A DNA stretch of 64,000 bases. Origin: Mesotaenium endlicherianum (lineage: Eukaryota). The stretch spans positions 718,773 through 782,772 of the forward strand of contig WELA01002297.1 of the NCBI GenBank assembly GCA_009602735.1, given 5' to 3'. Shown one piece after another: positions 57,258 to 64,000 of the stretch. Each line of letters begins with the position of its first letter. Positions within the stretch are counted from its first letter, which is position 1. Under the pieces are notes generated by a model. It ran no database searches. It was not told the DNA's origin and saw only the letters and a list, made by a program, of their open reading frames with translations. The translations under genes and the position numbers were made by a program.

Positions 57258-59659
57258 GCACAAGAAAATAAACACAGGCGCGTGCATGCACACACACACG
57301 CACACGCACACGCACACGCACACACAAACACACATTTGTGCACATAGAGACAACGCTTAAAATTTTTTGCCCTCTTAAGCTGCGGAAATAATGAGTGACC
57401 CGTGTAGAATCCCACCTATGTCCTCCAAGGAATGGTCCCGTCTGCGTTCAGCTAGCGCCACCTGGGCATAACGGCAGGCCCTATCCATCAGCTGGCAGCC
57501 TCCTGCAGCATGCGTCCTCTGGTGCACCACCTGTGGCGAGGTACCAGTGGGAGGACATCAATGATAACCCAGAGCCCAGAGCTAGGTGTCAAAGCTTTGC
57601 AACAAACGAGAACACACGGGCTCTCTGAGTCTGGAATGTACTTTGAGAGCACATATGCACCTTGCATATTATGACAGGAAAAGAGGAAGAACCAGAAGTT
57701 GGCCTGAAGTAAGAGAAACAGTCAAGCCTAAACAGCCTTCTCCCACACTGTGCGCAAATGTGAAGGCAACAGTGGACTATCAAGCAGCAAATGTTGGGCA
57801 GAATGCATGAATTGTCATGCTTCATAATGGCTCGAGAATATGCAGGCAGCCTTTAAAGACCAAATAGGGTGAGTTATACATACACCGGGGATGGAAGCAG
57901 GAATTTCCGCAAGAGGACGAAGGAGGGGGACGTGAACCACTTTCTTTTCGGTTTTCTTTTTTAGCGCGGGGTCAGACCTCAGCAGGTGGTCCAAGTGCCA
58001 TCTCAGGGTGCCCTCCGGAAACGTCAGCAGGTGGCGCCTGCGCAGCAGAGGAGAGCAGCAAGCAAGGGGCAGGACAGGATCCAGTGAGAACTCAGAGGCA
58101 AGGCAATCCTTTTCTGCAAAGCAAAGATCCCGGAGGACTCCAAGTGGACCACTTTCAGGTCAGGTAGTAAGCGAGGGTGCAGGGAGGGACTGACGTGTAC
58201 GCAGCGGGCATTGAGCCAGCAGGAGTGGCAGCAACATCCGCGCCTCCGGTGAAGTCTTCTATCTTGGCCCACGTGGCGCTCTTCCCGGGCTGAACATCAA
58301 CTTCTTCATGAAAGGTTGCAAATGTCACCTGTCACCAACATCATACGCCACGTTCATGCAACCCTGTTGGCTGCTGCTGCAACTGCTGCTGCAGGTGTTG
58401 TTGCTGATGGCAGAAACTTATCCAAGTTGAAGAGACTACATAGACCCGCTGCTAGAGAGTACATGGACAGATGTGCTCCTTCCAATCATCATCAGCTGAC
58501 AAGAAAAGGGGCACTATCTTGAAACAGCTAGAAGAATAGTATTCCTGCAATGACACCTGGTAGAACAATCGAGACGGCAAGCTTCTCAGACAATAACCTT
58601 TAAGTGCTGCCAGGTGGCGAGGGCATGCCCAGTGGCAAAGCACTTTCAGCGTGATTATTTAATTTCTTCCCCTGCAACCCAATGACAGTCCAGAGCTGGC
58701 AATAGAGGAAGGACAATGACCAAGAACTCAGATGACTTACCTCGAGTTCCAGGGTACAGGGTGCGTTCATTGGATAGGTCGCTTGTAAGTAGTCAACAGC
58801 ACCAAAGTGTATTTCCACCTTGCGCTTGAGCCCATCTTTCAGGATCTCCCAAATAAGCTTTCGGCTCCTATGATTAAACTTAACTTGTATCTGCGTAAGA
58901 TACATAGCAACTTCCTGTCCCATACACCACATCGACATCCAGGCATCCCAAAAAGTGATGTCTAAAAGGCATTGCCTCATGTCAGTCCTCATACCATGGC
59001 ACATAGTCCCATCAACCAGGCTCATTTTGCAAATCTCAAGTATTCAACTGCATGAGCACCTTGTCAATCGGATTGCCTTGCTGCGTCTGCTACGGAATGG
59101 TTAGCGCTTGCAGCTCGTAAAGCAGTTGCACACAGACTGAAAAAAATCGACACCATTCAACACGTGCACACTAGATTGATTGAGCCACTCAAAATAATAA
59201 TAACACTTGTGTCAAGCAGGTACAGTGGACTGTGGCACTGAAGAGCAGATCCCACCAGCAGCACAAGCTAGCTGCAGCAGATGAGGTCAGGATCGATATA
59301 GGAATCAGAAGCTTCACCTCCCACGCCCCAATCCTGATGCTATTTGCAAACAGCTCAGGAGTCGTTTTTGCCTGGACAGAAATTTGTGCCGGCACGGCTT
59401 TAATATGCTCCAACTGTTTGCCAGTGAAGTCATACTCGTTGGCACCACTTGGCAGGCTTATCGGGCTCTGGAGGATGATTGGGCCCTGCCTTGTCACTTT
59501 GCGGTTCACCTCCACTAAGTCAATCACCGGCGGTCTAAGGCGCACTCCAGGGACCTCAAGCAGCTTTTCCCATGAAACTACAGTACCGCTGTGATTGGAG
59601 GAGCCATCCGAGGTGAGGCTCAATGCCCCTGGATTGGGCTGGCAACTTCTTGTTGCCAT
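55835..59659 (-). CDS. ASG1/At2g24100-like protein with TRF2/HOY1 PH-like domain
   Basis: Frame-consistent exons 59659-59318, 59086-59060 (microexon), 58890-58741, 58328-58201, 58037-57978, 57480-57416, 57066-55835. Motifs IRIGAWE, KLIWEILKDGLKRKVEI, QPGKSATW...DFTGG, RHLLTFPEGTL. Confidence 0.78.
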
Positions 59660-61203
59660 TTACAGGCTCTACCTGCATCAACACCCCTGAACATGTCAAC
59701 AGGAGTGTGAAGCACGTTGCAGATTCTGTGGTGAAGCTTCCAGTAAGCTAGTCCTTAAGTTGCATAACCTTAGGTTCGTTATCCCGGCCATGCCTTTCTT
59801 TCTCTCCCTTGCAGCAGTGACAATGCAGCTTCTTCTGTTGCTAGCTTTGATTGTGCAACAAAGTCCTCCTTTTTCCTGCTGTATGCACTGTCTGTTCCTG
59901 CAGCAGAAACCTACGCAAGGGCTAATCTGCAACATCTGCAGCCTCAGCTAGCTCCCAGTAAGCAGTTCACTTTCAGGCATAAAGGAGCTGCCACTGAAGA
60001 TGCAATATTTTTTCCAGAAGCTATTTTGCACTTTAATAGGAAGTATTCAGAAAGAAGACACGTGCTTATGCAGTGCTAACTCTTGCAAGGTCGTGCATAT
60101 CCATGGTGCATAATCGGCGAACACAACATATTGTGGAAGTCCTTACTCTTAGATGAAGGCTCTGTATTCACTGGACGACAGCTTACTTCAAGCGCTGTAG
60201 CAGGAAAGAAAATTGCAAGTTACTGAAAGAGCTTCAAAACCGAAACACTGGCAGCTTCTCTTTGAAGCTGGCTTTTTATTTCGGAGTGCAGAGCCGAGTT
60301 GACTGCAGGGGGGGCACACTCATGAAGGCTCACTCCAGGGCAGGGGTGGCACACGGGCATACCCGAGGGCCAAACTGATGCATTCCTTCCTGCTCCCGTG
60401 AAATGATTTCAACGGATACGATTCTTTCGTATTCAATCGACTATCTTCGACGTGCTGAGACACTAGCGAAGTACGAGCGTCAAACCAAGGCTCACAAGCT
60501 GCACACAAGGGTGGAAACAATTGTCGACCGGAGAGTGCCGGAGAAAGTTTCAAGCGCACTTGTTCCGTACACTAGCAACGATAATAAAGCGACAAGTGTC
60601 AAAAGTGATCTTTGGAGAAGGCCCACAAATATTGATAAATATAAATGTTTCTGCCACCGAGCCACATGCCGTGTGCCCTTTCCACTTCGAAGCTGGTCAG
60701 AAATTGCGCCCCCATGCCGCCACAACCTATCAGAGTCCGGGAGGAAGTAAGATTCTAAATGTTTTCCCATGTGTTCCAGATGTACTGAATTGGACCTATA
60801 GCCTTGCCTATAATCAAACTAGTTGCACGCGTGGTACAGTTTACTGCACTTAACATTGCTTTACATTGCTTAACATTGCTTGACATGCAGTCTGAGAGTA
60901 GACCGCCAATAAGCGGGGATGTGTGAGGAAAATATACATCAGAGAATACATCGTATATTCGCTTAACAAGGCGGTTGTCTGTTACTATCTCGCCCCGTCT
61001 GCAGCTAGGAGGTTTGTAAACAAGCGTCACCTCTGCTTTCACTATAGCCCACCTGAACCCTCGATCTTCAGTGTCCACCGGCAGCTAGCGGATCAAGTCT
61101 TGCCCCAAGTCTGATTGCAAGGAGCGACAGCCCTGCAAGCTTTTAGTCATATCATTCTGTGGTTGGGGTAAACGTGGTCGGCATGTGCCCATATATGTTG
61201 TAG

Positions 61204-62910
61204 ATGTTGAGGATAGTGATGGCAGCCTGCAGGCTGAGGCAGGGAGCGTCAAATCTCTCTCTTAGCCTTCGGCATTGTAGGGGAGGAGAATGTTTGAGCA
61301 CGCTGCCTAGAGAGGCTCTTGCAAGGGTTTTAGAGCAAGCAAGTGGAGAAAAGAAGAGGCACTTCTCCAATTCCTACAAAAATCAGGTCTCACCTGGCGG
61401 CAACGATGCGGTGCCGTGTGGCAGGTCAGTTGGTTTCATGTCTTTTTATCAATCAGGATGAACTGTTGTGATTCTATGATGTTTATATTATGTATGTATT
61501 AAACTATGACTTCGGCGCCTCAAACTCCGTACTAAACCTTTGGCGCCTTAAACTCAGCTCACCTCCTCTAAGAGCCTGACAGCCCCTACGCCTGCTCCCA
61601 GGCCTGGCCTCAGCCTCTCTGGCTCAATGCATCAGCTGCTGTGGAGCGTGTAAGAAAGCCAAGGCTAGCCCTAGCCCTGATGGTTAGCATTTTTGCTGTG
61701 CATCTTAGCAAGCCATTTGCCAGCAGTTTATGGATGAATGATTGTAGGGGGCTGTGGATGGGAGTCTCAGTGTGCGTGTGCGATCTCTGTAAGTGTATGT
61801 CCCACGGCAATTTGGCTCTGAGAAAATTATCACCGAGGTTTCTGCTCCACAAACATTTGCCTCTTGCTGGTGAATAAAATGAAAGAATGAAAATAAAAAA
61901 GTGCATGATCTGTTGTACAAATCAAGTGAATTGAAGAATCTGGGGGGCTGTTATTTTCTTCCTGCATTGCACCTAGGCCTGGATTTGGAATCGCATTTGA
62001 TATCGACGGGGTGCTGCTGAGGGCCAAAGAGCCCATTGGAGGAGCTCCACGTGCCCTCGCGAGATTGCACCACGTGTCATCATCTGGTGGGGTCCCGCCC
62101 CCGCTCCCGCCCTCCTTGTAGGGTCGCGGAGGACATGCAGAGAGATAAGGGTGATCAAACAACACATTACGAGCTTATTATATTCACTCAACTTACTAGT
62201 ACAGGTCTGCTCAGATTTTCCCCATGCTGTCAGTTTCTCTTACTTCAACGGAAGTCTAGTCGCAAAAGAACGCATTCAACGATTAAGTGAAAGAAAGCAT
62301 TGCTTTGTAGAGAGAGAGAGAGAGAGATGTGCTTCAATGCTATGAGCTGTGGACAGAGTCGACATTCAAACGAGGGAGCAGTAATCTGTCGCTGTACACA
62401 AAGACAGTGTCACATTTCTGAGTGGCAGTGAGGGGGCAAGGGGCCCTCTCAGCCACTCTACTCGTTTGCCAGGTGGAAATAGTATCCTTCTTTCTTGAAG
62501 GCAGAATGTGAAAGCTTGTACATCGATACGCCACTTGTGATATAAACACACCACTCCTTTCCGAGTGCTTTGGCTGTGTGTGTGCTGCGGAGCACGTGAT
62601 GCATGGAACTTGTACACTCACAAGCTTAGCGTGACTCTTGCTGCATTCTGGGCTTATGTTGTAAAGCACACACACACACACACCTGTTTGTTTTTACTGA
62701 GTGCATATGTAAAGCAGGTCCAACCCATGTATACTGACGCGTAGGTATGCATATGTATCATAATTTGACGTTCTTGGGTCCTCTTTCGGCGTAGGGATCG
62801 GGCAGCCAAAAGTTCCGTACGTGTTCCTGACCAACGGAGGGGGCGTGCCCGAGGCAGTGAAGGCGGAGGAGCTGAGCCGGCTTCTCAGGGTGCCCGTGTC
62901 TCCCGGTCAG
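61204..62910 (+). CDS. HAD-superfamily IIA hydrolase, CECR5/HDHD5-like, 5' part; gene continues beyond the visible sequence
   Basis: Exons 61204-61424, 61977-62086, 62795-62910. Motifs FGIAFDIDGVLLR (HAD motif I) and PYVFLTNGGG. Presequence resembles a mitochondrial targeting peptide. Confidence 0.88.
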
Positions 62911-63073
62911 GTGGGTGCACTCCCTATCATCCTTCTGAGCCCCGAGGACGACGCGAGACCTGCGGGTGGCAAGTCTGCATGCATGCCTTCTCATCTGCTG
63001 ATATGATTGTTGCGAGGGTGCCAAGGGAGGTAGGGAGGACAGGGGAGGTGGGAAAAAGGGTCGAGGGTCGGCA

Positions 63074-63130
63074 TTAGGTTCGGGTTTCGGGTTTTCGGTT
63101 TGAGGGGTTTAAGGTTTGGGGTTCGGGGGT
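63074..63130 (+). repeat. Degenerate telomere-like (TTTAGGG/TTCGGG) tract in an intron, next to a gap
   Basis: ttaggtt cgggttt cgggtttt cggttt gaggggttt aaggttt ggggtt; no perfect array. Confidence 0.4.
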
Positions 63131-64000
63131 NNNNNNNNNNNNNNNNNNNNNNNNNNNNNNNNNNNNNNNNNNNNNNNNNNNNNNNNNNNNNNNNNNNNNN
63201 NNNNNNNNNNNNNNNNNNNNNNNNNNNNNNNNNNNNNNNNNNNNNNNNNNNNNNNNNNNNNNNNNNNNNNNNNNNNNNNNNNNNNNNNNNNNNNNNNNNN
63301 NNNNNNNNNNNNNNNNNNNNNNNNNNNNNNNNNNNNNNNNNNNNNNNNNNNNNNNNNNNNNNNNNNNNNNNNNNNNNNNNNNNNNNNNNNNNNNNNNNNN
63401 NNNNNNNNNNNNNNNNNNNNNNNNNNNNNNNNNNNNNNNNNNNNNNNNNNNNNNNNNNNNNNNNNNNNNNNNNNNNNNNNNNNNNNNNNNNNNNNNNNNN
63501 NNNNNNNNNNNNNNNNNNNNNNNNNNNNNNNNNNNNNNNNNNNNNNNNNNNNNNNNNNNNNNNNNNNNNNNNNNNNNNNNNNNNNNNNNNNNNNNNNNNN
63601 NNNNNNNNNNNNNNNNNNNNNNNNNNNNNNNNNNNNNNNNNNNNNNNNNNNNNNNNNNNNNNNNNNNNNNNNNNNNNNNNNNNNNNNNNNNNNNNNNNNN
63701 NNNNNNNNNNNNNNNNNNNNNNNNNNNNNNNNNNNNNNNNNNGGAGGGTTGGGGAGGGGGGTGAGAGAGAGGGAAAGAGAGGGAGGGAGGGATATGAAGG
63801 ATTAGGTTTTAGTCAGTCCGGCCGGCGCGTACAAAGAGGGAGGGAGGGAGGGAGGGAGGGGGAGGGGGGGGCGGAGAGGCAGCAGTTGTGCTTTTTATGG
63901 AGACCTTTTGAGCAGGGGCCCGCCACCACTGCCCCGGTCTCCTGCCAGTGCGGGGGCACATAACACGGTGTGCCCCCCTGGTGTGCTCCTGACATTCAGT

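Overview
Intron-rich eukaryotic nuclear DNA from a gapped draft assembly. The plant-type gene families, plastid/mitochondrial transit peptides, GC-rich internal exons and microsatellite-filled introns suggest a streptophyte alga or early-diverging plant (inference). I reconstruct 11 protein-coding genes from protein motifs and frame-consistent GT-AG junctions: TRPC4AP-like (partial, -), RumA/TrmA-type RNA m5U methyltransferase (+), Dabb stress A/B-barrel protein (-), plastid Methyltransf_11 protein (+), plastid FabZ (-), F-box/kelch (+), MAPKK (+), plant uncharacterised MVLWEIT-family protein (-), Sen34-like tRNA-splicing endonuclease (+), ASG1/TRF2-HOY1-PH-like protein (-) and HDHD5/CECR5-like HAD hydrolase (partial, +). 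Ten of them form five head-to-head pairs. The best non-obvious signal is a duplicated intronic box C/D snoRNA with an snR38/SNORD1-like 25S rRNA guide, in two introns of the RNA methyltransferase gene; one host intron ends in a CAG-TAG tandem acceptor whose proximal site would insert a stop. Many introns have C-rich 5' ends and G/GT-rich 3' ends. A 1.39 kb duplication in the MAPKK gene is probably an assembly artefact. All family assignments come from recalled motifs, not database searches.
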